Translations under genes and position numbers: made by a program
DNA from: Eledone cirrhosa
Taxonomy: Eukaryota
NCBI GenBank assembly: GCA_964016885.1
Contig: OZ024758.1
Span: 26,846,001-26,910,000 of the forward strand
Direction: 5' to 3'
Length of the DNA stretch: 64,000 nt
Shown here: positions 27,501-43,043 of the stretch, one piece after another
Position numbering within the stretch: position 1 is the stretch's first letter
Layout: the number at the start of each line of letters is the position of its first letter
The notes under the pieces: generated by a model
What the model saw: the letters and a program-made list of their open reading frames with translations, nothing else
The model's database searches: none
Told to the model about the DNA's origin: nothing

Positions 27501-30500
27501 TAGACTAAACTGTAGACAACCCCACCACAACTTGTTAAATGATCGGGTTGTAGACTAAACTGTAGACAACCCCACCACAACTTGTTGCATGATCGGGTTG
27601 TAGACTGAACTGTAGACAACCCCACCACAACTTGTTACATGATCGGGTTGTAGACTAAACTGTAGACAACCCCACCACAACTTGTTGCATGATCGGGTTG
27701 TAGACTAAACTGTAGACAACCCCACCACAACTTGTTACATGATCGGGTTGTAGACTAAACTGTAGACAACCTCGCCACAACTTGTTACATGATCTGGTTG
27801 TAGACTAAACTGTAGACAACCCCACCACAACTTGTTACATGATCGGGTTTTAGACTAAACTGTAGACAACCCCACCACAACTTGTTACATGATCTGGTTG
27901 TAGACTAAACTGTAGACAACCCCACCACAACTTGTTACATGATCGGGTTTTAGACTAAACTGTAGACAACCTCACCACGACGTGTTGCATGATCGGGTTG
28001 TAGACTAAACTGTAGACAACCCCACCACAACTTGTTACATGATCGTGTTGTAGACTAAACTGTAGACAACCCCACCACAACTTGTTACATGATTGGGTTG
28101 TAGACTAAACTGTAGACAACCTCACCACGACTTGTTGCATGATCGGGTTGTAGACTAAACTGTAGACAACCCCACCACAACTTGTTACATGATCGTGTTG
28201 TAGACTAAACTGTAGACAACCCCACCACAACTTATTGCATGATTGGGTTGTAGACTAAACTGTAGACAACCCCACCACAACTTGTTACATGATCGGGTTG
28301 TAGACTAAACTGTAGACAACCCCACCACAACTTGTTAAATGATCGGGTTGTAGACTCAACTGTAGACAACACCACCACAACTTGTTGCATGATCGGGTTG
28401 TAGACTAAATTGTAGACAACCCCACCACAACTTGTTACATGATCGGGTTGTAGACTAAACTGTAGACAACCCCACCACAACATGTTACATGATCGGGTTG
28501 TAGACTAAACTGTAGACAACCCACCACAACTTGTTACATGATCGGGTTGTAGACTAAACTGTAGACAACCCCACCACAACTTGTTACATGATCGGGTTGT
28601 AGACTAAACTGTTGACAACCCCACCACAACTTGTTGCATGATCGGGTTGTAGACTAAACTATAGACAACCTCACCACAACTTATTGCATGATCGGGTTGT
28701 AGACTAAACTGTAGACAACCTCGCCACAACTTGTTAAATGATCGGGTTGTAGACTAAACTGTAGACAACCCCGCCACGACTTGTTACATGATCGGGTTGT
28801 AGACTAAACTGGAGACAACCCCACCACAACTTGTTAAATGATCGGGTTGTAGACTAAACTGTAGACAAACCCACCACAATTTGTTAAATGATCGGGTTGT
28901 AGACTCAACTGTAGACAACACCACCACAACTTGTTGCATGATCGGGTTGTAGACTAAATTGTAGACAACCCCACCACAACTTGTTACATGATCGGGTTGT
29001 AGACTAAACTGTAGACAACCCCACCACAACATGTTACATGATCGGGTTGTAGACTAAACTGTAGACAACCCCACCACGACTTGTTGCATGATCTGGTTGT
29101 AGACTAAACTGTAGACAACACCACCACAACTTGTTGCATGATCGGGTTGTAGACTAAACTGTAGACAACCCCACCACAACTTGTTGCATGATCGGGTTGT
29201 AGACTAAACTGTAGACAACCCCACCACGACTTGTTGCATGATCTGGTTGTAGACTAAACTGTAGACAACCCCACCACAACTTGTTGCATGATCGGGTTGT
29301 AGACTAAACTAGACAACCCCACCACGACTTGTTGCATGATCTGGTTGTAGACTAAACTGTAGACAACCCCACCACAACTTGTTGCATGATCGGGTTGTAG
29401 ACTAAACTGTAGACAACCCCACCACAACTTGTTAAATGATCGGGTTGTAGACTCAACTGTAGACAACACCACCACAACTTGTTGCATGATCGGGTTGTAG
29501 ACTAAACTGTAGACAACCCCACCACAACTTGTTACATGATCGGGTTGTAGACTAAACTGTAGACAACCCCACCACAACTTGTTAAATGATCGGGTTGTAG
29601 ACTCAACTGTAGACAACACCACCACAACTTGTTGCATGATCGGGTTGTAGACTAAATTGTAGACAACCCCACCACAACTTGTTACATGATCGGGTTGTAG
29701 ACTAAACTGTAGACAACCCCACCACAACATGTTACATGATCGGGTTGTAGACTAAACTGTAGACAACCCACCACAACTTGTTACATGATCGGGTTGTAGA
29801 CTAAACTGTAGACAACCCCACCACAACTTGTTACATGATCGGGTTGTAGACTAAACTGTTGACAACCCCACCACAACTTGTTGCATGATCGGGTTGTAGA
29901 CTAAACTATAGACAACCTCACCACAACTTATTGCATGATCGGGTTGTAGACTAAACTGTAGACAACCTCGCCACAACTTGTTAAATGATCGGGTTGTAGA
30001 CTAAACTGTAGACAACCCCACCACAACTTGTTACATGATCGGGTTGTAGACTAAACTGTAGACAACCCCACCACAACTTGTTGAATGATCGGGTTGTAGA
30101 CTAAACTGTAGACAAGCCCACCACAACTTGTTAAATGATCGGGTTGTAGACTAAACTGTAGACAACCCCACCACAACTTGTTGCATGATCGGGTTGTAGA
30201 CTAAACTGTAGACAACCCCACCACAACTTGTTACATGATCGGGTTGTAGACTAAACTGTAGACAACCCCACCACAATTTGTTAAATGATCGGGTTGTAGA
30301 CTAAACTGTAGACAACCCCACCACAACTTGTTACATCATCGGGTTGTAGACTAAACTGTAGACAACCCCACCACAACTTGTTACATGATCGGGTTGTAGA
30401 CTAAACTGTAGACAACCCCACCACGACTTGTTACATGATCGGGTTGTAGACTAAACTGTAGACAACCCCACCACAACTTGTTGCATGATCGGGTTGTAGA

Positions 30501-33500
30501 CTAAACTGTAGACAACCCCACCACAACTTGTTACATGATCGGGTTGTAGACTAAACTGTAGACAACCCCACCACAACTTGTTGCATGATCGGGTTGTAGA
30601 CTAAACTGTAGACAACCCCACCACAACTTGTTACATGATCGGGTTGTAGACTAAACTGTAGACAACCCCACCACAACTTGTTACATGATCGGGTTGTAGA
30701 CTAAACTGTAGACAACCCCACCACAACTTGTTGCATGATCGGGTTGTAGACTAAACTGTAGACAACCCCACCACAACTTGTTACATGATCGGGTTGTAGA
30801 CTAAACTGTAGACAACCCCACCACGACTTGTTACATGATCGGGTTGTAGACTAAACTGTAGACAACCCCACCACGACTTGTTACATGATCGGCTTGTAGA
30901 CTAAACTGTAGACAACCCCACCACAACTTGTTAAATGATCGGGTTGTAGACTAAACTGTAGACAACCCCACCACAACTTGTTGCATGATCGGGTTGTAGA
31001 CTAAACTGTAGACAACCCCACCACAACTTGTTACATGATCGGGTTGTAGACTAAACTGTAGACAACCCCACCACAACTTGTTGCATGATCGGGTTGTAGA
31101 CTAAACTGTAGACAACCCCACCACAACTTGTTACATGATCGGGTTGTAGACTAAACTGTAGACAACCCCACCACAACTTGTTACATGATCGGGTTGTAGA
31201 CTAAACTGTAGACAACCCCACCACAACTTGTTGCATGATCGGGTTGTAGACTAAACTGTAGACAACCCCACCACAACTTGTTACATGATCGGGTTGTAGA
31301 CTAAACTGTAGACAACCCCACCACAACTTGTTGCATGATCGGGTTGTAGACTAAACTGTAGACAACCCCACCACAACTTGTTACATGATCGGGTTGTAGA
31401 CTAAACTGTAGACAACCCCACCACAACTTGTTACATGATCGGGTTGTAGACTAAACTGTAGACAACCCCACCACAACTTGTTGCATGATCGGGTTGTAGA
31501 CTAAACTGTAGACAACCCCACTACAACTTGTTACATGATCGGGTTGTAGACTAAACTGTAGACAACCCCACCACAACTTGTTACATGATCGGGTTGTAGA
31601 CTAAACTGTAGACAACCCCACCACGACTTGTTACATGATCGGGTTGTAGACTAAACTGTAGACAACCCCACCACGACTTGTTACATGATCGGGTTGTAGA
31701 CTAAACTGTAGACAACCCCACCACAACTTGTTACATGATCGGGTTGTAGACTAAACTGTAGACAACCCCACCACAACTTGTTACATGATCGGGTTGTAGA
31801 CTAAACTGTAGACAACCTCGCCACAACTTGTTACATGATCTGTTTGTAGACTAAACTGTAGACAACCCCACCACAACTTGTTACATGATCGGGTTTTAGA
31901 CTAAACTGTAGACAACCCCACCACAACTTGTTACATGATCTGGTTGTAGACTAAACTGTAGACAACCCCACCACAACTTGTTACATGATCGGGTTTTAGA
32001 CTAAACCGTAGACAACCTCACCACGACTTGTTGCATGATCGGGTTGTAGACTAAACTGTAGACAACCCCACCACAACTTGTTACATGATCGTGTTGTAGA
32101 CTAAACTGTAGACAACCCCACCACAACTTGTTGCATGATCGGGTTGTAGACTAAACTGTAGACAACCCCACCACAACTTGTTACATGATCGGGTTGTAGA
32201 CTAAACTGTAGACAACCCCACCACAACTTGTTACATGATCGGGTTGTAGACTAAACTGTAGACAACCCCACCACGACTTGTTACATGATCGGGTTGTAGA
32301 CTAAACTGTAGACAACCCCACCACAACTTGTTAAATGATCGGGTTGTAGACTAAACTGTAGACAACCCCACCACAACTTGTTGCATGATCGGGTTGTAGA
32401 CTGAACTGTAGACAACCCCACCACAACTTGTTACATGATCGGGTTGTAGACTAAACTGTAGACAACCCCACCACAACTTGTTGCATGATCGGGTTGTAGA
32501 CTAAACTGTAGACAACCCCACCACAACTTGTTACATGATCGGGTTGTAGACTAAACTGTAGACAACCTCGCCACAACTTGTTACATGATCTGGTTGTAGA
32601 CTAAACTGTAGACAACCCCACCACAACTTGTTACATGATCGGGTTTTAGACTAAACTGTAGACAACCCCACCACAACTTGTTACATGATCTGGTTGTAGA
32701 CTAAACTGTAGACAACCCCACCACAACTTGTTACATGATCGGGTTTTAGACTAAACTGTAGACAACCTCACCACGACGTGTTGCATGATCGGGTTGTAGA
32801 CTAAACTGTAGACAACCCCACCACAACTTGTTACATGATCGTGTTGTAGACTAAACTGTAGACAACCCCACCACAACTTGTTACATGATTGGGTTGTAGA
32901 CTAAACTGTAGACAACCTCACCACGACTTGTTGCATGATCGGGTTGTAGACTAAACTGTAGACAACCCCACCACAACTTGTTACATGATCGTGTTGTAGA
33001 CTAAACTGTAGACAACCCCACCACAACTTATTGCATGATTGGGTTGTAGACTAAACTGTAGACAACCCCACCACAACTTCTTGCATGATCGGGTTGTAGA
33101 CTAAACTGTAGACAAACCCACCACAACTTGTTGCATGATCGGGTTGTAGACTAAACTGTAGACAACCCCACCACAACTTGTTACATGATCGGGTTTTAGA
33201 CTAAACTGTAGACAACCCCACCACAACTTGTTGCATGATCGGGTTTTAGACTAAACTGTAGACAACCCCACCACGACTTGTTGCATGATCTGGTTGTAGA
33301 CTAAACTGTAGACAACACCACCACAACTTGTTGCATGATCGGGTTGTAGACTAAACTGTAGACAACCCCACCACAACTTGTTGCATGATCGGGTTGTAGA
33401 CTAAACTGTAGACAACCCCACCACGACTTGTTGCATGATCTGGTTGTAGACTAAACTGTAGACAACCCCACCACAACTTGTTGCATGATCGGGTTGTAGA

Positions 33501-36500
33501 CTAAACTAGACAACCCCACCACGACTTGTTGCATGATCTGGTTGTAGACTAAACTGTAGACAACCCCACCACAACTTGTTGCATGATCGGGTTGTAGACT
33601 AAACTGTAGACAACCCCACCACAACTTGTTAAATGATCGGGTTGTAGACTCAACTGTAGACAACACCACCACAACTTGTTGCATGATCGGGTTGTAGACT
33701 AAACTGTAGACAACCCCACCACAACTTGTTACATGATCGGGTTGTAGACTAAACTGTAGACAACCCCACCACAACTTGTTAAATGATCGGGTTGTAGACT
33801 CAACTGTAGACAACACCACCACAACTTGTTGCATGATCGGGTTGTAGACTAAATTGTAGACAACCCCACCACAACTTGTTACATGATCGGGTTGTAGACT
33901 AAACTGTAGACAACCCCACCACAACATGTTACATGATCGGGTTGTAGACTAAACTGTAGACAACCCACCACAACTTGTTACATGATCGGGTTGTAGACTA
34001 AACTGTAGACAACCCCACCACAACTTGTTACATGATCGGGTTGTAGACTAAACTGTTGACAACCCCACCACAACTTGTTGCATGATCGGGTTGTAGACTA
34101 AACTATAGACAACCTCACCACAACTTATTGCATGATCGGGTTGTAGACTAAACTGTAGACAACCTCGCCACAACTTGTTAAATGATCGGGTTGTAGACTA
34201 AACTGTAGACAACCCCACCACAACTTGTTACATGATCGGGTTGTAGACTAAACTGTAGACAACCCCACCACAACTTGTTGAATGATCGGGTTGTAGACTA
34301 AACTGTAGACAAGCCCACCACAACTTGTTAAATGATCGGGTTGTAGACTAAACTGTAGACAACCCCACCACAACTTGTTGCATGATCGGGTTGTAGACTA
34401 AACTGTAGACAACCCCACCACAACTTGTTACATGATCGGGTTGTAGACTAAACTGTAGACAACCCCACCACAATTTGTTAAATGATAGGGTTGTAGACTA
34501 AACTGTAGACAACCCCACCACAACTTGTTACATCATCGGGTTGTAGACTAAACTGTAGACAACCCCACCACAACTTGTTACATGATCGGGTTGTAGACTA
34601 AACTGTAGACAACCCCACCACGACTTGTTACATGATCGGGTTGTAGACTAAACTGTAGACAACCCCACCACAACTTGTTGCATGATCGGGTTGTAGACTA
34701 AACTGTAGACAACCCCACCACAACTTGTTACATGATCGGGTTGTAGACTAAACTGTAGACAACCCCACCACAACTTGTTGCATGATCGGGTTGTAGACTA
34801 AACTGTAGACAACCCCACCACAACTTGTTACATGATCGGGTTGTAGACTAAACTGTAGACAACCCCACCACAACTTGTTACATGATCGGGTTGTAGACTA
34901 AACTGTAGACAACCCCACCACAACTTGTTGCATGATCGGGTTGTAGACTAAACTGTAGACAACCCCACCACAACTTGTTACATGATCGGGTTGTAGACTA
35001 AACTGTAGACAACCCCACCACAACTTGTTACATGATCGGGTTGTAGACTAAACTGTAGACAACCCCACCACGACTTGTTACATGATCGGGTTGTAGACTA
35101 AACTGTAGACAACCCCACCACGACTTGTTACATGATCGGGTTGTAGACTAAACTGTAGACAACCCCACCACAACTTGTTACATGATCGGGTTGTAGACTA
35201 AACTGTAGACAACCCCACCACAACTTGTTACATGATCGGGTTGTAGACTAAACTGTAGACAACCTCGCCACAACTTGTTACATGATCTGTTTGTAGACTA
35301 AACTGTAGACAACCCCACCACAACTTGTTACATGATCGGGTTTTAGACTAAACTGTAGACAACCCCACCACAACTTGTTACAGGATCTGGTTGTAGACTA
35401 AACTGTAGACAACCCCACCACAACTTGTTACATGATCGGGTTTTAGACTAAACCGTAGACAACCTCACCACGACTTGTTGCATGATCGGGTTGTAGACTA
35501 AACTGTAGACAACCCCACCACAACTTGTTACATGATCGTGTTGTAGACTAAACTGTAGACAACCCCACCACAACTTGTTGCATGATCGGGTTGTAGACTA
35601 AACTGTAGACAACCCCACCACAACTTGTTACATGATCGGGTTGTAGACTAAACTGTAGACAACCCCACCACAACTTGTTACATGATCGGGTTGTAGACTA
35701 AACTGTAGACAACCCCACCACGACTTGTTACATGATCGGGTTGTAGACTAAACTGTAGACAACCCCACCACAACTTGTTAAATGATCGGGTTGTAGACTA
35801 AACTGTAGACAACCCCACCACAACTTGTTGCATGATCGGGTTGTAGACTAAACTGTAGACAACCCCACCACGACTTGTTGCATGATCTGGTTGTAGACTA
35901 AACTGTAGACAACCCCACCACAACTTGTTACATGATCGGGTTGTAGACTAAACTGTAGACAACCCCACCACAACTTGTTAAATGATCGGGTTGTAGACTA
36001 AACTGTAGACAACCCCACCACAACTTGTTGCATGATCGGGTTGTAGACTAAACTGTAGACAACCCCACCACGACTTGTTGCATGATCTGGTTGTAGACTA
36101 AACTGTAGACAACCCCACCACAACTTGTTGCATGATCGGGTTGTAGACTAAACTAGACAACCCCACCACGACTTGTTGCATGATCTGGTTGTAGACTAAA
36201 CTGTAGACAACCTCACCACAACTTGTTGCATGATCGGGTTGTAGACTAAACTGTAGACAACCCCACCACAACTTGTTAAATGATCGGGTCGTAGACTCAA
36301 CTGTAGACAACACCACCACAACTTGTTGCATGATCGGGTTGTAGACTAAACTGTAGACAACCCCACCACAACTTGTTACATGATCGGGTTGTAGACTAAA
36401 CTGTAGACAACCCCACCACAACTTGTTAAATGATCGGGTTGTAGACTCAACTGTAGACAACACCACCACAACTTGTTGCATGATCGGGTTGTAGACTAAA

Positions 36501-39500
36501 TTGTAGACAACCCCACCACAACTTGTTACATGATCGGGTTGTAGACTAAACTGTAGACAACCCCACCACAACATGTTACATGATCGGGTTGTAGACTAAA
36601 CTGTAGACAACCCACCACAACTTGTTACATGATCGGGTTGTAGACTAAACTGTAGACAACCCCACCACAACTTGTTACATGATCGGGTTGTAGACTAAAC
36701 TGTTGACAACCCCACCACAACTTGTTGCATGATCGGGTTGTAGACTAAACTATAGACAACCTCACCACAACTTATTGCATGATCGGGTTGTAGACTAAAC
36801 TGTAGACAACCTCGCCACAACTTGTTAAATGATCGGGTTGTAGACTAAACTGTAGACAACCCCACCACAACTTGTTACATGATCGGGTTGTAGACTAAAC
36901 TGTAGACAACCCCACCACAACTTGTTGAATGATCGGGTTGTAGACTAAACTGTAGACAAGCCCACCACAACTTGTTAAATGATCGGGTTGTAGACTAAAC
37001 TGTAGACAACCCCACCACAACTTGTTGCATGATCGGGTTGTAGACTAAACTGTAGACAACCCCACCACAACTTGTTACATGATCGGGTTGTAGACTAAAC
37101 TGTAGACAACCCCACCACAATTTGTTAAATGATAGGGTTGTAGACTAAACTGTAGACAACCCCACCACAACTTGTTACATCATCGGGTTGTAGACTAAAC
37201 TGTAGACAACCCCACCGCAACTTGTTACATGATCGGGTTGTAGACTAAACTGTAGACAACCCCACCACGACTTGTTACATGATCGGGTTGTAGACTAAAC
37301 TGTAGACAACCCCACCACAACTTGTTGCATGATCGGGTTGTAGACTAAACTGTAGACAACCCCACCACAACTTGTTACATGATCGGGTTGTAGACTAAAC
37401 TGTAGACAACCCCACCACAACTTGTTGCATGATCGGGTTGTAGACTAAACTGTAGACAACCCCACCACAACTTGTTACATGATCGGGTTGTAGACTAAAC
37501 TGTAGACAACCCCACCACAACTTGTTACATGATCGGGTTGTAGACTAAACTGTAGACAACCCCACCACAACTTGTTACATGATCGGGTTGTAGACTAAAC
37601 TGTAGACAACCCCACCACAACTTGTTGCATGATCGGGTTGTAGACTAAACTGTAGACAACCCCACCACAACTTGTTACATGATCGGGTTGTAGACTAAAC
37701 TGTAGACAACCCCACCACAACTTGTTGCATGATCGGGTTGTAGACTAAACTGTAGACAACCCCACCACAACTTGTTACATGATCGGGTTGTAGACTAAAC
37801 TGTAGACAACCCCACCACAACTTGTTACATGATCGGGTTGTAGACTAAACTGTAGACAACCCCACCACAACTTGTTGCATGATCGGGTTGTAGACTAAAC
37901 TGTAGACAACCCCACCACAACTTGTTACATGATCGGGTTGTAGACTAAACTGTAGACAACCCCACCACAACTTGTTACATGATCGGGTTGTAGACTAAAC
38001 TGTAGACAACCCCACCACGACTTGTTACATGATCGGGTTGTAGACTAAACTGTAGACAACCCCACCACGACTTGTTACATGATCGGGTTGTAGACTAAAC
38101 TGTAGACAACCCCACCACAACTTGTTACATGATCGGGTTGTAGACTAAACTGTAGACAACCCCACCACAACTTGTTACATGATCGGGTTGTAGACTAAAC
38201 TGTAGACAACCTCGCCACAACTTGTTACATGATCTGTTTGTAGACTAAACTGTAGACAACCCCACCACAACTTGTTACATGATCGGGTTTTAGACTAAAC
38301 TGTAGACAACCCCACCACAACTTGTTACATGATCTGGTTGTAGACTAAACTGTAGACAACCCCACCACAACTTGTTACATGATCGGGTTTTAGACTAAAC
38401 CGTAGACAACCTCACCACGACTTGTTGCATGATCGGGTTGTAGACTAAACTGTAGACAACCCCACCACAACTTGTTACATGATCGTGTTGTAGACTAAAC
38501 TGTAGACAACCCCACCACAACTTGTTGCATGATCGGGTTGTAGACTAAACTGTAGACAACCCCACCACAACTTGTTACATGATCGGGTTGTAGACTAAAC
38601 TGTAGACAACCCCACCACAACTTGTTACATGATCGGGTTGTAGACTAAACTGTAGACAACCCCACCACGACTTGTTACATGATCGGGTTGTAGACTAAAC
38701 TGTAGACAACCCCACCACAACTTGTTAAATGATCGGGTTGTAGACTAAACTGTAGACAACCCCACCACAACTTGTTGCATGATCGGGTTGTAGACTGAAC
38801 TGTAGACAACCCCACCACAACTTGTTACATGATCGGGTTGTAGACTAAACTGTAGACAACCCCACCACAACTTGTTGCATGATGGGGTTGTAGACTAAAC
38901 TGTAGACAACCCCACCACAACTTGTTACATGATCGGGTTGTAGACTAAACTGTAGACAACCTCGCCACAACTTGTTACATGATCTGGTTGTAGACTAAAC
39001 TGTAGACAACCCCACCACAACTTGTTACATGATCGGGTTTTAGACTAAACTGTAGACAACCCCACCACAACTTGTTACATGATCTGGTTGTAGACTAAAC
39101 TGTAGACAACCCCACCACAACTTGTTACATGATCGGGTTTTAGACTAAACTGTAGACAACCTCACCACGACGTGTTGCATGATCGGGTTGTAGACTAAAC
39201 TGTAGACAACCCCACCACAACTTGTTACATGATCGTGTTGTAGACTAAACTGTAGACAACCCCACCACAACTTGTTACATGATTGGGTTGTAGACTAAAC
39301 TGTAGACAACCTCACCACGACTTGTTGCATGATCGGGTTGTAGACTAAACTGTAGACAACCCCACCACAACTTGTTACATGATCGTGTTGTAGACTAAAC
39401 TGTAGACAACCCCACCACAACTTATTGCATGATTGGGTTGTAGACTAAACTGTAGACAACCCCACCACAACTTGTTGCATGATCGGGTTGTAGACTAAAC

Positions 39501-40365
39501 TGTAGACAAACCCACCGCAACTTGTTGCATGATCGGGTTGTAGACTAAACTGTAGACAACCCCACCACAACTTGTTACATGATCGGGTTTTAGACTAAAC
39601 TGTAGACAACCCCACCACAACTTGTTGCATGATCGGGTTTTAGACTAAACTGTAGACAACCCCACCACAACTTGTTGCATGATCTGGTTGTAGACTAAAC
39701 TATAGACAACCTCACCACAACTTATTGCATGATCGGGTTGTAGACTAAACTGTAGACAACCTCGCCACAACTTGTTAAATGATCGGGTTGTAGACTAAAC
39801 TGTAGACAAACCCACCACAATTTGTTACATGATCGTGTTGTAGACTAAACTGTAGACAACCCCACCACAACTTGTTGCATGATCGGGTTGTAGACTAAAC
39901 TGTAGACAACCCCACCTCAATCTGTTATATGATCGGGTTGTAGACTAAACTGTAGACAACCCTATCACAACTTGTTACATGATCGGGTTGTAGACTAAAC
40001 TGGAGACAAGCCCACCACAACTTGTTGCATGATCGGGTTGTAGACTAAACTGTAGACAACCCCACCTCAATCTGTTATATGATCGGGTTGTAGACTAAAC
40101 TGTAGACAACCCTATCACAACTTGTTACATGATCGGGTTGTAGACTAAACTGTAGACAACCCCACCACAACTTGTTGCATGATCGGGTTGTAGACTAAAC
40201 TGTAGACAACCCCACCTCAATCTGTTATATGATCGGGTTGTAGACTAAACTGTAGACAACCCTATCACAACTTGTTACATGATCGGTTTGTAGACTAAAC
40301 TGTAGACAACCCACCACAACTTGTTAAATGATCGGGTTGTAGACTAAACTGTTGACAACCCCACC
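18582..40365. repeat. 50-bp satellite array, ~436 units, with higher-order repeats
   Basis: Unit ACAACTTGTT(GC/AC/AA)ATGATCGGGTTGTAGACTAAACTGTAGACAACCCCACC, uninterrupted for 21.8 kb. Confidence 0.99.
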
Positions 40366-41787
40366 AAGCCTACTCAGTAATTTTTCGACGCTCTGCAGGA
40401 TGGAGGAACCCAAAACATGTCAAAGTGTTGATGAACATGAGAAAGTCAATGTGTATAAATGCATATACGTAAACACAGAGCTATAACTAGGGAAAATAGC
40501 GCCTATGGCAAGCAGTGAAATTGTATCCCTGCCCAGCCCGTATTTTTACCTATGGAGGCCTAATAATTTATATAAATGGTTTAATGATCCAGCCACCATA
40601 GTGTTCTCACCCCTGATAATCAAAGACAGATCATACATCTGAAGGAGTTTCTTTTTTCACTCTCCAACGAGGTTTATTTTACTTTAATAGAACGGGCTCC
40701 TAGTCCAAGTGGCGCCCCCTTTATGTGGCACCCATGGCACGACCTTAGTTACGCCTCTGCGTATATATGTCTGCACATAGGAGAAGGATACTCTTACATG
40801 AACTGTGTAATGTTTGTAATCTCTGGTCGTTTTGTTTTTGTTTGTTGTTGAGGTCACATGGAAGGTGTAGTATTGACAGGAGGGGTCGTGGTTCTCCGTT
40901 TCCCCGCGCGACCACATTCGCCATTATAGCGATGTCGACGTCTGGATGGCGGACTTTTCTTGCCAGTGGGAAAATATCAAATCTTAATGAGAAAATACTT
41001 CAAGTATCGTTAGGGATTTATAATTCTCGGCTGAAATTGAGAATATCAAAATAGTTTACCTAGACCCCTAACATCACATCTTTATTCATTCATAGATCAG
41101 TGTTTAGATTATAATGTCAAGGGCGTAACTAACTTCGTCGTTCTTTCAAACAACTCGATAATCTACCAGGAGCTGTTGGTAAAACTACCATATCATGAAA
41201 GTCATAATCAATATCAAAAGTGCCTGGGCTAAAGTAATCGAGAACAACATGGGGAAGATTTAAGGAAAAGGTATGGTTAGAAGCATCTAATGGTTTCTTG
41301 GAATATGATGATGATCATATCAGTTTGTTGATCCAATGAAGAGAGAATGTAAAATGTCAACGTGGAAAATATTTAAATAGTAAAGTTTTATCTGTTAAAG
41401 AGCTTCAGTAGTTAATTCAGCAATGTATCCTAAATGATACCTGAAAGAAATTTTACTATTGGAAATTGTGCAATAACTGCATCACCAAGAATAAGGGAAA
41501 TGATGAGCTAATTTATTGAGAATTACTCCAACTGGGAGAGAAGCAATATGACAAAGAGAGGTTTTGAGACTATTGCATTGGGAAGCCAAGAATACGCACA
41601 CGACATTTAGATTCGTTCTTCGAAAAGTAACCAATGTGAGCAGTCTCTCCCCCCAAATAAAACCTCTTCTGTCCAATTTCTCGCTGTTACTTTTTAACTG
41701 AATTAATGGTGTATATGCCTGTGCACTCGTCATTTAAAGGTGATTGATTCAATCTGGTTCCTATTTAAATTACAATATGAGAGCTTA

Positions 41788-41955
41788 CCGTATTTCCCGG
41801 CGCCAAAGACGCTTCGTCCTCGAGCACGCACCCTAATTTTGACAACCGAAAATTTGAAAAAAAAAAATAAACAACCTTCGGCCTCCAGGACACATGGTAG
41901 ATTTTTGAGACTTATTTTAGGAAAAAAGTAGTGTCTTCGACGCCGGGAAATACGG
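41788..41955. mobile_element. Tc1/mariner-superfamily MITE (CCGTA termini, Tc2/pogo-like)
   Basis: TIR CCGTATTTCCCGGCG / CGCCGGGAAATACGG, with TA on both sides. Confidence 0.85.
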
Positions 41956-42195
41956 TAATTAATTGAACTTGTATCTAATTTAAATTTAACTGTAGATCCT
42001 AGTATGTGACGTCAGATTTTATAAAGTTACCTCAAGTTAAGTCCTTGAACTGTGTGACGGCGAGTTTCTGGATTTGTCGGTGGTGTTACTATCTTCATTT
42101 GTGTCTGTATCACCGTTTAAAATAGCCTACCAAGCTGGTATTTTTATGTTGTATTATAAGATACACACGTATAGGGCTGCGATTTTAGTAATATA

Positions 42196-42336
42196 CTAGC
42201 AGAATGACCCGGCGCTGCTCGGGATTTACTCTAGGGGTCTTATATATTTGATATACATTTATCCTTATCGAGCCTCGTGAAATAAAGACGTTTGTTTATA
42301 TTTTGTTATTGTGTATGCAAAAATATCTGTACACGA

Positions 42337-42417
<81 letters not shown>

Positions 42418-42852
42418 TTTAAGCAAAGAATCGCTGCTTTCACCCTTAACGGGATCTTCTGAAACTAAAAAAAAATCAATCTCTGAACGCAGAAGTAAAT
42501 ATTTCGAAAAAACGTTACACACACGCACACACCACACCACACACACACACAGAACTACGTCATAATGGCGTAATGCTGACACCCAGGCATACAGACAGAT
42601 ATTATAAGGGTGCAACGTTATATCTATGTATCTATCTAAAAAGGGAAAGACTAAGGGAGAGAGAGAGAGATCGCTAAATCGCCTAACCCTAGGACATTGA
42701 AAATTAGAATTTTTTTTTTTTTTTTTTGTTCTGAAAACACTCACAGGACCATAAGTATTACATGTGTAAAGTTTGAAAACAGTCGGTTGGGTGGTTCTCT
42801 AGTTTTAGTGATCGGACATACAGACAGACATTCTCTGTTTTGGATATATAGA
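42196..42852 (-). mobile_element. Non-autonomous Helitron
   Basis: Minus strand: A|TC 5' end, subterminal hairpin CCCGAGCAGCGCCGGG, 3' CTAG|T, no TSD. Confidence 0.8.
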
Positions 42853-43043
42853 TAAAGCCTTATTCTGTCCGCCGGGGCTGTGGGTGGGCCCCATCGCGTA
42901 CCGTTGTAGTTGTATACAGATATTAACTCATCAATCCCAACGTGGTTTTGTCTTTGAGTGAGAATTGAATTCCGATTCGCGGAGAACTTAACACTGACCC
43001 ATTTACTGTGTGCATTAGTTAACCGCGAATACGTCGTCTACAT

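Noticed and set aside
18582-40365. CRISPR-like array (palindromic repeat) or coding ORFs MLWWGCLQFS...
   Set aside because: No unique spacers and no cas genes in a eukaryotic context; the ORFs arise from chance loss of stops in a 50-bp period
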